Shown one piece after another: positions 31,507-41,820 of a stretch of 64,000 nt of DNA. Position numbers and translations under genes: made by a program. Position 1 is the stretch's first letter. Each line of letters opens with the position of its first letter. Source of the stretch: Candidatus Poribacteria bacterium (GTDB lineage: Bacteria > Poribacteria > WGA-4E > WGA-3G); NCBI GenBank assembly GCA_963663765.2, contig CAXXUA010000002.1:224001-288000 (forward strand), written 5' to 3'. The notes beneath the pieces were generated by a model that saw nothing but the letters and a program-made list of their open reading frames with translations, did no database searches and was not told the origin of the DNA.

Positions 31507-32394
31507 ATGCAAATTCCAAACTACTATCAAATCTTAGAGATCAGTCGTGATGCGACTACGACCGAAATAAAAAGTTCATTCAGAAAACTGGCAAAACGAT
31601 ACCATCCCGATAAACAAAACCTCAACAATAACGCAGATGTTGTAGCAAAAGCAAAACAGATGTTCGGTAAGGTTTGCAATGCTTATGATGTGCTACATGA
31701 CGAAAAACGCAAAGCTGACTATGACCGTAAACTACAGAACCTTGAACGTCAGCAGCAATCATACAGCTCATATTTTGACAGACTCAATAAACTGAATCAA
31801 GATTATGCAAAAATAGAATTACTATTCCAAGCACTCTTACATCAGAACTACGAAACAGGTATCTCGTTATATGAGCAACTATGTAATAGACGTGCGCAAA
31901 ACGGGAAAAAATGGTGTATAGATGATTTTTTCAATTACGAAGATAGCAGAGATTGCGAATTTCTTATTGCAGAAGCATACCAATATCTCGCTTTTACAAA
32001 CGGAAATGGTTCTGATTCGGAACGACATCGAAAAATAGAATTAGCAATGCGTATCTATGAATCTTTGTTGTCTGCAGAAGGACGAAGACCCTGTTTCAAG
32101 CACTTCATAAATGAGGTAAAAGATCGTCTCAAGAAAATCTACCTCTATTATTATAGTGTTGAAGGATACCAACAAACACAACAAATTCCATTATCAAAGA
32201 TACGCACATTAAGACTTCCTAAACGAGAAACTGCATGGATGTATAAAAAGATTGCTGAATTCTATGTTGAAATAGACTTGTTCCCACATGCTCGACAGGT
32301 TCTGCTCATGGCATTTGAACTACAACCCAATCTTGCTGGTGCAAAGAAGATTTGTAGGATTTTAAACATTGCAAACCAGCAAGTAGTTTATTGA
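31507..32394 (+). CDS. DnaJ-domain protein with a helical (TPR-like) C-terminus
   Basis: NYYQILEI...FRKLAKRYHPDK...AYDVL. Confidence 0.85.
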   Translation: MQIPNYYQILEISRDATTTEIKSSFRKLAKRYHPDKQNLNNNADVVAKAKQMFGKVCNAYDVLHDEKRKADYDRKLQNLERQQQSYSSYFDRLNKLNQDYAKIELLFQALLHQNYETGISLYEQLCNRRAQNGKKWCIDDFFNYEDSRDCEFLIAEAYQYLAFTNGNGSDSERHRKIELAMRIYESLLSAEGRRPCFKHFINEVKDRLKKIYLYYYSVEGYQQTQQIPLSKIRTLRLPKRETAWMYKKIAEFYVEIDLFPHARQVLLMAFELQPNLAGAKKICRILNIANQQVVY

Positions 32395-32414
32395 AATGAA
32401 GGCTTTGGTGAAAA

Positions 32415-32600
32415 TTGAATGATAATAATATCTTATCATTTCTATCCATTTTAATTATACCTGTTTTATGGTTATTATTTTGGATGTATGCAAATCATAA
32501 AGGTGTAAGACGATTTTGTCCGAACTGTGGGCAGCGACAAACGGGATGGTCTACACAGTGTCCAAGATGTAATGTTGTCTTCAAGGATTGGAAAGAGTAG
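32415..32600 (+). CDS. Small membrane protein with a zinc ribbon
   Basis: TM helix followed by FCPNCG...QCPRC. Confidence 0.6.
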   Translation: MNDNNILSFLSILIIPVLWLLFWMYANHKGVRRFCPNCGQRQTGWSTQCPRCNVVFKDWKE

Positions 32601-32773
32601 GTACAGGTTTCGGGTATTTCCTCTTAAAGTCCCTCTGATAAGGGGGTAAACACTGAAATAGAGGCTTTTTTAACCCCTAACCCGTTTATATCAAAAGGGT
32701 GATGCATATAAAGTTCGTCCCTTATCAATAAGAAATGCGTAAGTCCTGATAGAAAAAACAAAAGAGAAAAATT

Positions 32774-35461
32774 ATGCCTTTACCTCCTGATTTTCCTGAA
32801 TCTCCACATGCGATTATTGACCCTTCAGTTCGTTGGACACCAGATGCTACCCAATTGTCCTTATTGGGTAGTGCCATGTTACTCCCTCCACTTGTTCAAA
32901 AACTACGGGAGGCGGTTAAGACATGGCGTAACGACAACTACAAAGGTGCCTCGGAAACAAGTAAAGCACTGCTCAATTGGTGGTTCAAGACACCACACCT
33001 GCAAGAACAGTCTGATGGGACAACATCAGAATTTCAATATTACTTTGCCCAACGTGAAGCACTTGAAACTATTGTTTACCTATATGATGTCATCAAGGTA
33101 AAGGACAAGTACGATTTGATGAGCTTTGACAGTTCAGGTTTTGTTTCGGCAGGAATGTTTGACGAAGATTGGAAACGGTTTGTCATAAAAATGGCAACAG
33201 GCACAGGCAAAACAAAGGTGATGAGTCTTGCTATCGCTTGGAGTTTCTTCCACAAGCTGTATGAATCCGACTCCGATCTCTCCCGCAATTTCCTTGTCAT
33301 CGCTCCTAATATCATTGTACTTGACCGTCTTTATAAAGATTTTAAAGGATTAGACATTTTTTTTCAAGACCCAGTACTGCCAAATAACGGTTTTGAAGGT
33401 CATGATTGGCGAAACGATTTTCAACTCACCTTGCATGTGCAGGACGAAGTGCGTACTATCCGATCTACTGGGAACATCTTTCTCACTAATATTCACCGTG
33501 TTTATTCCAGCGACCAAACCCCGCCTTCTCCCGACGATGAGGATAGTAAAGATTATTACTTGGGTGAAAAACCGACTGGAGCAACCACAGATTCAAAAGT
33601 AGACCTCGGAGATATAGTCCGTGATATTGACGAATTGATGGTACTTAACGATGAAGCACATCATATCCATGATCCTCGAATGGCATGGTTCAAGTCAATC
33701 GAGGATATTCATAATCGGCTTGTGCAGAAAGACAGTGAGTTATCATTACAGCTTGACGTAACTGCAACCCCAAAGCATAATAACGGTGCAATCTTTGTTC
33801 AAACTGTAGCAGATTACCCACTTGTAGAGGCTATTTCGCAAGATGTCGTTAAACATCCTATTCTTCCAAATGATGAAAGCAGAAAGAAACTTGAAGAGAA
33901 GCAGAGTGTGAAGTTTACAGAGAGATACGCGGACTATCTACACCTCGGTGTGGTTGAGTGGCGAAAAGCGTCCGAAAGACACGAAAAATTGGGTAAGAAA
34001 GCCATTCTGTTTGTGATGACCGATGATACCAAAAACTGTGATGAGGTAGCAACTTATCTTGAAAACCGTTACCAAGACTTAAGAGATGCTGTGCTGGTGA
34101 TTCATACAAAGAATAATGGTGAAATCTCTGAGGCGACATCTGGTAAGAAAAAGGAGGAACTTGAGGAACTCCGAAAGCAAGCGAATGAGATCGATTTAGC
34201 GATAGACAAAAACCCATATAAGGCAATTGTCTCCGTTTTAATGCTCAAAGAGGGGTGGGATGTAAAGAACGTTACCACAATTGTAGGGCTTCGCGCTTAT
34301 ACCGCAGCGAGTAATATTTTACCAGAACAGACGCTTGGACGTGGACTTAGACGAATGTATAACAATTCAGTGGATGAGTCTGTGAGTGTCATCGGCACTG
34401 AAGTCTTCATGGAATTTGTTGAAAAGATCCAAGAGGAAGGAGTTGAATTAGAACGTAAAGAAATGGGAGAAGGCACAGAACCCATAGCACCCCTTGTAAT
34501 TGAGGTTGACAAGGAAAATGTGGACAAAGACATTGGCGCGCTTGATATTGATATACCGATATTGACACGACGCGTCTATCGTGAATATAAGCATCTTGCA
34601 CACTTAGATGTTAACAGCCTTGACTTCAAACCTATATTGTATTTGACGTTTGGTGTAGATCAGTTACGAGAGATTGAATTCCATTATATGACAACAAGTG
34701 AGGTTGCACACACAACTATTTTGGAAAGTCCGGGGGCAGAAGACTACCGAAACGCTCTCGGTTATTTTGCACAAACTCTTATGAAGGAACTCCGACTCGT
34801 CGGCGGTTATGATGTACTTTATGCTAAGGTAAAAGAATTTGTTCAGCATTATCTCTTTGGTGAAACGGTGGCATTAGACGATCCCATCACCATAAAAAAT
34901 CTCGCTGAACTCCGCGCCACAAAAACAATTATTGAAACATTCAAACGTGCAATAAATGACCTTACAGTCCAGGACAAAGGAAATGCTAATCTAAGCGAAA
35001 CCACCAAAATTAGCAGCACAAGACCTTTTATGGTGAAAGACCAAGAACACTTAGTACCGAAAAAATCAGTGTTCAACATTATCACTGGCGATAGTCATTT
35101 GGAATTGGAATTTGCCAAATTTCTGGAGGAGTGCCCGGACGTTGTATCCTATACAAAAAACTATTATGGGGTGCAGTTTAAACTTGATTATGTGAATGCC
35201 GATGGTGATATTTCTAACTACTATCCCGATTTTATCGTTAAACTGATGGATGGAAGTGTGATTATCGTTGAAACTAAGGGATTAGAAGACTTAGACGTAC
35301 CGCTCAAGATGCAACGCCTGTCGCAATGGTGCAAGGATGTTAACAATATCTCAGAAGATGTGACTCATGACTTTGTTTATGTTGATGAGGAGAGTTTCAG
35401 GGTATATCAACCGACAACATTTCAGCAACTGCTTGATGGTTTTACCGAATACAAACCGTAG
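32774..35461 (+). CDS. res: Type III restriction enzyme Res subunit
   Basis: YFAQREA, KMATGTGKT, NDEAHH, TATP, LKEGWD, EQTLGRGLR; C-terminal YYPDF...ETKG PD-(D/E)xK nuclease. Confidence 0.92.
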   Translation: MPLPPDFPESPHAIIDPSVRWTPDATQLSLLGSAMLLPPLVQKLREAVKTWRNDNYKGASETSKALLNWWFKTPHLQEQSDGTTSEFQYYFAQREALETIVYLYDVIKVKDKYDLMSFDSSGFVSAGMFDEDWKRFVIKMATGTGKTKVMSLAIAWSFFHKLYESDSDLSRNFLVIAPNIIVLDRLYKDFKGLDIFFQDPVLPNNGFEGHDWRNDFQLTLHVQDEVRTIRSTGNIFLTNIHRVYSSDQTPPSPDDEDSKDYYLGEKPTGATTDSKVDLGDIVRDIDELMVLNDEAHHIHDPRMAWFKSIEDIHNRLVQKDSELSLQLDVTATPKHNNGAIFVQTVADYPLVEAISQDVVKHPILPNDESRKKLEEKQSVKFTERYADYLHLGVVEWRKASERHEKLGKKAILFVMTDDTKNCDEVATYLENRYQDLRDAVLVIHTKNNGEISEATSGKKKEELEELRKQANEIDLAIDKNPYKAIVSVLMLKEGWDVKNVTTIVGLRAYTAASNILPEQTLGRGLRRMYNNSVDESVSVIGTEVFMEFVEKIQEEGVELERKEMGEGTEPIAPLVIEVDKENVDKDIGALDIDIPILTRRVYREYKHLAHLDVNSLDFKPILYLTFGVDQLREIEFHYMTTSEVAHTTILESPGAEDYRNALGYFAQTLMKELRLVGGYDVLYAKVKEFVQHYLFGETVALDDPITIKNLAELRATKTIIETFKRAINDLTVQDKGNANLSETTKISSTRPFMVKDQEHLVPKKSVFNIITGDSHLELEFAKFLEECPDVVSYTKNYYGVQFKLDYVNADGDISNYYPDFIVKLMDGSVIIVETKGLEDLDVPLKMQRLSQWCKDVNNISEDVTHDFVYVDEESFRVYQPTTFQQLLDGFTEYKP

Positions 35462-35529
35462 TGATAAAGCTCTCAATAACCATTCTCATTTTTTGACAAA
35501 CACCACATTTTTTGATACAATAATAGATT

Positions 35530-36006
35530 ATGAAAAACTTAAATTGGGTTCTGGCCAGCTTGCTAGTACTTGTTGCTCTGGGGATATCAGTTTTAGTCGT
35601 GTACACAACAACCACAAGAACTTTAACCGCTGTAGAAAGTACCATTTGGCAGGTCTTTGTCCTTACTGCAGGACTTGCAGGTTCTTTTATTTTTGGTCGA
35701 CAGTCGGCTCGTGAAGCTGCAAGAGAAATGATTAAGCCACATGCCAAGTCTGCATTCAGACGACTTGTTTCTTTATACGAAAGTCTTTCCCGAGCTTCAA
35801 ATGAAATAGAATTGACAGAGAGTTCAGAATCTTCTGAAGACATTCGAGTAACAATTGCTAAACTTGACGCAATTGTTACTGAGCAACTAAACGCAGCAGA
35901 TGATGCGTTAGAAGATTGGAGAGACATTGTTCCAGAAGACGTAGAAGAGTTAAAACAGAAACTTGAATCAAAAATACAAGGAGGGATTGGTAGTGACACA
36001 AACTAA
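35530..36006 (+). CDS. Hypothetical protein with 2 TM helices and an acidic helical C-terminus
   Basis: 158 aa, two N-terminal hydrophobic segments, lies between res and mod. Confidence 0.75.
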   Translation: MKNLNWVLASLLVLVALGISVLVVYTTTTRTLTAVESTIWQVFVLTAGLAGSFIFGRQSAREAAREMIKPHAKSAFRRLVSLYESLSRASNEIELTESSESSEDIRVTIAKLDAIVTEQLNAADDALEDWRDIVPEDVEELKQKLESKIQGGIGSDTN

Positions 36007-36370
36007 ACCAATTCGTGGTAAAGTAGCACGAATTTTGACCGAAAGGGCACTCGTAATAAATATAGGTGAGGTAGATGGTGTAAATTACGGTATGGAGTTT
36101 TATATCTCAAACATTATTCCGGTAATAGATCCTGATACGTCTAAAGAAATAGGTAAGGTTGATTGGCCTATTGTTTATTTATACGTTAATGATGTTCAAG
36201 AACATATAACTGTTTTATTCTCAAAAGACAAACCTTTGTTCTCAGGAGACAAGGGTTCATTTAGTAAATCTCTATTATCTTCAAGTAGAGCATTTGTAAA
36301 TATTGGAGATCCTGTCGTACAAGTCTTTGAAACAGACGAACCAGAACAGAAAGACTCCAACGTGAATTAA
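35993..36370 (+). CDS. Hypothetical small beta-rich protein (FlgT C-terminal-like pattern)
   Basis: GTG start after GGAGGG, overlapping the previous gene; GKVARIL...VINIGEVDGV.YGMEFYI...DPDT.KEIG...IGDPV. Confidence 0.65.
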   Translation: MTQTKPIRGKVARILTERALVINIGEVDGVNYGMEFYISNIIPVIDPDTSKEIGKVDWPIVYLYVNDVQEHITVLFSKDKPLFSGDKGSFSKSLLSSSRAFVNIGDPVVQVFETDEPEQKDSNVN

Positions 36371-36382
36371 CGAAGGATATCC

Positions 36383-38518
36383 ATGCCACGACTCACCGAA
36401 TCAGAACAACAAGAAATTATCCGCTATCTTGAAGCAGACAAACCGCTGCCCGAAAAATACCGCTTTTTGCTGTTTGAAGATAAGCGCGAAGTAGAACTCG
36501 TTTGGAACGGCAAGACTAACGAAGTTTGCAACATCGTGCTTCCATTCCAGACTATTGAACACGTAGACGAACCCCGGACAGAAAAACCCACTGAAGATAA
36601 CCTGCAACTCGATTTATTTGACACGCGCGGCCGCCAACGCAAAGGCTGGACAAACAAGTTGATCTGGGGTGATAACAAATTAGTTTTATCATCACTCAAG
36701 AACGGACCGCTGCGTGAGGAAATTGAAGCACAAGGCGGACTAAAACTTATCTATATTGACCCGCCGTTTGACGTAGGTGCGGATTTTTCTATGGATATTG
36801 AGATTGGCGGCGAAACGCTTACCAAAAACGCTAATATCCTTGAAGAAATAGCCTACCGCGACACATGGGGTAAAGGTGCTGATTCTTTTATTGCCATGAT
36901 TTATGAGCGGTTGATTCTGATGCGGGATTTACTTACAGAGGACGGCAGTATTTATGTGCATTGCGATTGGCGTGTGAATAGTCACATTCGTTTAGCTTTA
37001 GATGAAGCGTTTAGAAATAATTTTGAACGGGAAGTAATTTGGTCATTTGATACAAAATCAGGATACAAATCTGCAGTTACGAATTGGGTAAGAAGTCATG
37101 ATACAATTCTTTTTTATTCAAAAAATCACGATAAAAAAATCTTCAATAAACAATTTACACCGTATGATGATAAGTATTTAGAGAGGTTCAAAAGTGTTGA
37201 TGCTGATGGCAGAAAATATCGAGATGACAGGGGAAATGGAAAAAAACAGTACCTTGATGAACTTCAAGGGATAGCCATTCCAGATGTATGGAGAGACATT
37301 AAATCTTTTCAACAAGATGCTACATCTGACGAATATTTGAATTATCCTACTCAAAAAAGGGAGGCCCTACTTGAACGCATCATCAAAGCATCTTCTAATG
37401 AAGGTGACCTTGTTGCAGACTTCTTCTGTGGTTCTGGTACTACCGCCGCTGTTGCTGAAAAACTTGGACGTAAATGGATTATCACAGACCTCGGCAAGTT
37501 TGCCATTCACACCACACGCAAACGGATGATCAGGGTGCAACGTCAACGCAAAGTGGACGGTGAAGACTATCGCGCTTTTGAGATTCTCAATCTCGGCAAG
37601 TATGAACGCCAACATTATATCGGTGTTAATCCAAATCTGCGCGAAGTTGAACAGCAGAAACAGTTAGAGGAAAAGGAAAAGATGTTTATTGAGCTTATCC
37701 TGCGTGCTTATTCAGCCGAAAAAGCGGAAGGTTTTGCCAGTTTTCAGGGTAAAAAAGCGGGAAGGCTTATCGCAATCGGTCCTGTCAATTTACCTGTAAC
37801 ACGTCTGTTCATAGAGGAAATTATCCTTGAATGCCGTAAGCATCAGATTACCCGTGTTGACGTTCTCGGCTTTGAGTTTGAGATGGGGTTGTTTCCTAAT
37901 GTGTTGCAGGAAGCGAAAAACAAAGGTATTGACCTTGCACCGAAATATATCCCTGCCGAAGTATTTGATAAGCGTGCAGTGGAGCAGAAGCAGGTTGTTT
38001 TTCACGATGTGGCGTTTATTGAAGTTAAACCTCATGTGACAGCAGCAGAAGGAGATAAACCCGCTACGGTAAAGGTAGAATTGACCGATTTTTCTGTCTT
38101 TTATTCACAGGATTCTATCTCACACGCTGAGCAGACATTAAAGAATAAGGGTAGTAAAATCGTTGTGGAGAAAGGGAAAGTCGTAAAAGTTAGCAAAGAT
38201 GCTGAAGGTAATACTACGCGAGAAACATTAACCAAAGAGTGGACAGACTGGATAGACTACTGGTCAGTTGATTTTGATTTTGAGAGCAAACGCGAAATTA
38301 TCCGTGTGCAGAATCCCGACACGGATGAGTGGGAAGAGCAGTGGTCAGGTGACTTTATCTTTGAAAATGAGTGGCAAAGTTTCCGCACCAAGAAGGATCG
38401 TTCTTTGGAATTAACGAGTATTGCTTACGAATGCGAACCTCGTCCCCGCAAAATCGCTGTTAAAGTTGTAGACATTTTCGGTAATGATACGATGACTATT
38501 GTAGAGGTGAACATTTGA
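36383..38518 (+). CDS. mod: Type III R-M Mod subunit (beta-class m6A methyltransferase)
   Basis: LIYIDPPF, YPTQK, DFFCGSGTT, C-terminal IAVKVVDIFGND. Confidence 0.92.
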   Translation: MPRLTESEQQEIIRYLEADKPLPEKYRFLLFEDKREVELVWNGKTNEVCNIVLPFQTIEHVDEPRTEKPTEDNLQLDLFDTRGRQRKGWTNKLIWGDNKLVLSSLKNGPLREEIEAQGGLKLIYIDPPFDVGADFSMDIEIGGETLTKNANILEEIAYRDTWGKGADSFIAMIYERLILMRDLLTEDGSIYVHCDWRVNSHIRLALDEAFRNNFEREVIWSFDTKSGYKSAVTNWVRSHDTILFYSKNHDKKIFNKQFTPYDDKYLERFKSVDADGRKYRDDRGNGKKQYLDELQGIAIPDVWRDIKSFQQDATSDEYLNYPTQKREALLERIIKASSNEGDLVADFFCGSGTTAAVAEKLGRKWIITDLGKFAIHTTRKRMIRVQRQRKVDGEDYRAFEILNLGKYERQHYIGVNPNLREVEQQKQLEEKEKMFIELILRAYSAEKAEGFASFQGKKAGRLIAIGPVNLPVTRLFIEEIILECRKHQITRVDVLGFEFEMGLFPNVLQEAKNKGIDLAPKYIPAEVFDKRAVEQKQVVFHDVAFIEVKPHVTAAEGDKPATVKVELTDFSVFYSQDSISHAEQTLKNKGSKIVVEKGKVVKVSKDAEGNTTRETLTKEWTDWIDYWSVDFDFESKREIIRVQNPDTDEWEEQWSGDFIFENEWQSFRTKKDRSLELTSIAYECEPRPRKIAVKVVDIFGNDTMTIVEVNI

Positions 38519-40092
38519 AAATAAAATCAATTCATTTACAGAATTTCAAGCGGTTTACGGACTTGATAATTCAAAACATACCCGCGACAGCAAAATTGGT
38601 GGTTCTTCTCGGACCTAACGGTTGTGGAAAATCATCTTTGTTTGATGCGTTACATTATAAGTCTTATGGATATAGAAATGTGTCACGTGGTAGTGACGAT
38701 CTTGATTATTATTCCAAAAAATATTCTCCTGAAAGAAGACGCATTGAACCAATAGATGTTAAATTTTATGACGACTCACAGTCCAATTTAAGTAAAGCGA
38801 TTTATGTGCGAACCGCCTACCGTAATGACCCTGTTTTAAATATTGGTGCGATACAAACAATGCCATCGGTAATTCAAGAGACAAGGTTCAGGTCTATGAT
38901 TGAAAATGATGCAGCTGTTACTGTCAATTATCAAAGACTCGTTTCTAATGCGGTGGAACGCGCATTTAACAGGGAGGATCGAGCAAAAACTTTAGGAGAC
39001 TTTCAGGACGAGATACTTGGTGAAATTCAAGCAGCTATGAAACGTCTCTTTCCTGATTTAGTTCTCAATAGTTTAGGTAACCCACTTAATGAGAAAAGTT
39101 TTACTTTTGACAAGGGAACGAGTAAAAAATTTCTTTATAAGAATCTCTCAGGGGGAGAAAAATCTGCTTTTGATCTACTTCTTGATATTTTTGTCAAAAA
39201 AGTAGAATATGACGACACTGTTTTTTGTATAGATGAGCCGGAAGCACACATGAATCCGAGATTACAAGGAAGGCTCCTCAAAGAGCTCTTCCACCTTGTG
39301 AATGATAAATCACAATTGTGGATCGCGACACATGCAATTGGAATGATGCGGAAGGCATTCCAGTTGCACGAGCAGCATAAGGAGCAAGTTGTATTTCTTG
39401 ATTTCACTGATGGGAAGTTTGATAAGTCAGAGGTTATAGAACCTACTAAACCTAATCGTAGATTCTGGGAACAGACTCATGAAATTGCTTTAGACGATTT
39501 AGCTGCCCTCGTCGCTCCAGATCAAATTGTTATTTGTGAAGGGAGTCATGGAGATGAAGGTTTTGATGCCGAATGCTACAATCAAATCTTTTCTGAAAAA
39601 TTTCCCAATGTGAAATTCATTTCAGCAGGTGGAAAGGGAGGTTTACAAAATTACATTCCGGTAATTGGCGCGGTTACGAAAGGCGCAAACGTTTTTGGAC
39701 TCAGAGATTTTGATGATGACACTTCACCTGCCGATGTGGTCCGGTTAGAAAAAGAAGGAATAAAGGTTTTAAAACGTGGAAAAATCGAAGACTATCTGCT
39801 TGCGGATGATGTATTGCAGGCACTATGTCAGGATAAAAAGTTAGAACCTTGTAATGAAAAAATAGTCGAATTGATAAAATTGCGAGGCAGTGTTGCAGAT
39901 ATAAAAAGTGCTTCTAATCAAATCCGTAGACAGGTAATTGAGTGGGGAGTGCGCGGAGCAGGTGAGACTCGTGAAGGATTTCTGCGTGATACACTTGCTC
40001 CGTTAATCAAGCCCGGAATGCAAACTTACAATGAATTGAAGGAAATAATTTTTGGTTGTGACACGATGACGATTGATGAAATAAACGTGTGA
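38515..40092 (+). CDS. ABC-ATPase + TOPRIM-like nuclease fusion (OLD / fused PARIS-like)
   Basis: NFKRF, GPNGCGKSS, LSGGEK, IDEPEAHMNP, IATH; C-terminal VICEG and GLRDFD; 4-bp overlap with the mod stop. Confidence 0.8.
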   Translation: MKIKSIHLQNFKRFTDLIIQNIPATAKLVVLLGPNGCGKSSLFDALHYKSYGYRNVSRGSDDLDYYSKKYSPERRRIEPIDVKFYDDSQSNLSKAIYVRTAYRNDPVLNIGAIQTMPSVIQETRFRSMIENDAAVTVNYQRLVSNAVERAFNREDRAKTLGDFQDEILGEIQAAMKRLFPDLVLNSLGNPLNEKSFTFDKGTSKKFLYKNLSGGEKSAFDLLLDIFVKKVEYDDTVFCIDEPEAHMNPRLQGRLLKELFHLVNDKSQLWIATHAIGMMRKAFQLHEQHKEQVVFLDFTDGKFDKSEVIEPTKPNRRFWEQTHEIALDDLAALVAPDQIVICEGSHGDEGFDAECYNQIFSEKFPNVKFISAGGKGGLQNYIPVIGAVTKGANVFGLRDFDDDTSPADVVRLEKEGIKVLKRGKIEDYLLADDVLQALCQDKKLEPCNEKIVELIKLRGSVADIKSASNQIRRQVIEWGVRGAGETREGFLRDTLAPLIKPGMQTYNELKEIIFGCDTMTIDEINV

Positions 40093-40133
40093 AACAAACA
40101 ATTGAACCGTCAGCGTTAGCTAGGAGATAGATC

Positions 40134-41021
40134 ATGCAAAGAGAAGTCCGTTGGGAACGCATGTTCCCTGATGAATTAGAAGCAGCCTTTGACGCATGTC
40201 CAGGCGTTTATTTCACCTACGGTCTGTGTGAACCACACGGACCACAGAATGCCGTTGGACTTGACACACTCAAGGCACATGCAATTGCTTGTCGTGCAGC
40301 AAAAACTCACGGTGGCATTGTCGCACCACCCGACTACTGGCACATACATGAACACGGTACGTATGCGAATTGGGCACAGCAGAACGTCGGTGAAGTGCGA
40401 AGTTGGATGACAGCAATGCCCGCATGGCAACACTTCAAAAATGTGTGTTATCACGTCCGTGCAGCCGATGCACTCGGATTCCACGCTGCCATCTTCCTCA
40501 CAGGACACTATGGACCGAATTGGCAAGACCTCAAAACACTCTTGGAGTTAATTCAACCGCACTTTTCAATGCGCTTTTACGGACTGCCGGATTTTGAAGC
40601 AAACTCCCCAGGATTCGACAAACAAGGTAACAGTGGCGACCACGCAGGTAGAGTGGAAACTTCGCTATTATGGGCGTTAGAACCAGATTGTGTTGATATG
40701 TCTCGGATGCCAGCAAAAGATGAACCAGGACCGCACTTCGCAATGGGATCAAATGCTTATGACTCAGACCGACGAATCGGTGAACGTATGGTCAACGATG
40801 AAGTCACTTGGCTTGGCAACAAGATGCAAGAAGTGCTTGATGATTATTCACAACAGAACATCACCAAACGCCAACCTGTAACCTTTGAAGAAGTTGAAAA
40901 GATTTGGAAAGAACAGATAACCCCTGCTTTGAAAACCTTCAAGACCATGCAAAATGCAGGTGAACCACCTCCCGAAAATTCACAATGGTTTCGTCAGTGG
41001 AAAATTCCTGACATTTCATAA
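40134..41021 (+). CDS. Creatininase-family amidohydrolase
   Basis: EPHGPQNAVGLD, GHYGPN, DHAGRVETS. Confidence 0.8.
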   Translation: MQREVRWERMFPDELEAAFDACPGVYFTYGLCEPHGPQNAVGLDTLKAHAIACRAAKTHGGIVAPPDYWHIHEHGTYANWAQQNVGEVRSWMTAMPAWQHFKNVCYHVRAADALGFHAAIFLTGHYGPNWQDLKTLLELIQPHFSMRFYGLPDFEANSPGFDKQGNSGDHAGRVETSLLWALEPDCVDMSRMPAKDEPGPHFAMGSNAYDSDRRIGERMVNDEVTWLGNKMQEVLDDYSQQNITKRQPVTFEEVEKIWKEQITPALKTFKTMQNAGEPPPENSQWFRQWKIPDIS

Positions 41022-41033
41022 AAAGGACATCTC

Positions 41034-41795
41034 ATGACGTCAATAAACAAACAATTTTTAGAAACATATCAAAATGATGGGTTCTTGACCGGAATACGTG
41101 TCGCAGACGATTTGGAAGCAAAACATTTTCGCAAAGAATATGATGCATTAGAAGCAAAAGTTGGAGCAGAAAAATGCGAAATTGGACTCATTGATTGGCA
41201 TTTTGACTACAAATTTATATGGGAACTCGCATCACATCCTAAAATAATTGATGTTATTGAAGCACTTATCGGATCAGACATAATGTTGTTAGCCACGCAT
41301 TTCTTTTGCAAATATGGACCGCGCGAGAAATTCGTTGCATGGCATCAAGATGTAACCTATTGGGGACTTGAACCACCAGTTGCTGTTACCGCATGGTATG
41401 CCATTGATGACAGCGACATTGGAAATGGATGTATGCAGGTTATATCGGGTAGCCACAGTAAAGGCATTCAAGAACATGGAAAATCCGATCAAAAGGGTAA
41501 TTTACTCAGTATCAATCAAGAAGTTCCAGTCACTACATCAGAAGCAGAATCCGCTGTTAACCTCGTGCTCAAAGCAGGTGAAATGTCAATACATCACGGG
41601 ATGATAATTCACGGAAGTTTACCGAATCATTCAAAACGTCGGCGATGTGGTTTAACAATTCGTTATATCCCGCCATCAGTAAAACAAGCGGAGGACAATT
41701 CATTGAAACGTCCTTGGAAACCCATCCTCTTACGGGGTGAAGACCGATATCGGAACTTCGCAACCGAACCAAATCCCTTCCCACTACCCAAATAG
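41034..41795 (+). CDS. PhyH-family dioxygenase
   Basis: AWHQDVTYW, NGCMQVISGSH, IHGSLPN, RRCGLTIRY. Confidence 0.9.
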   Translation: MTSINKQFLETYQNDGFLTGIRVADDLEAKHFRKEYDALEAKVGAEKCEIGLIDWHFDYKFIWELASHPKIIDVIEALIGSDIMLLATHFFCKYGPREKFVAWHQDVTYWGLEPPVAVTAWYAIDDSDIGNGCMQVISGSHSKGIQEHGKSDQKGNLLSINQEVPVTTSEAESAVNLVLKAGEMSIHHGMIIHGSLPNHSKRRRCGLTIRYIPPSVKQAEDNSLKRPWKPILLRGEDRYRNFATEPNPFPLPK

Positions 41796-41820
41796 ACAAA
41801 ATTTCTATATAAGGATGACA

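Noticed and set aside
32600-32748. Complete D-family MITE upstream of res (similar case at about 3910-3989)
   Set aside because: Only the right end TGCGTAAGTCCTG is intact; no matching left TIR or TSD, so treated as decayed remnants.
35442-35999. 185-aa antisense ORF and other shadow ORFs (e.g. 47120..47692, 25746..26195)
   Set aside because: They overlap better-supported genes and lack RBS and motif support.
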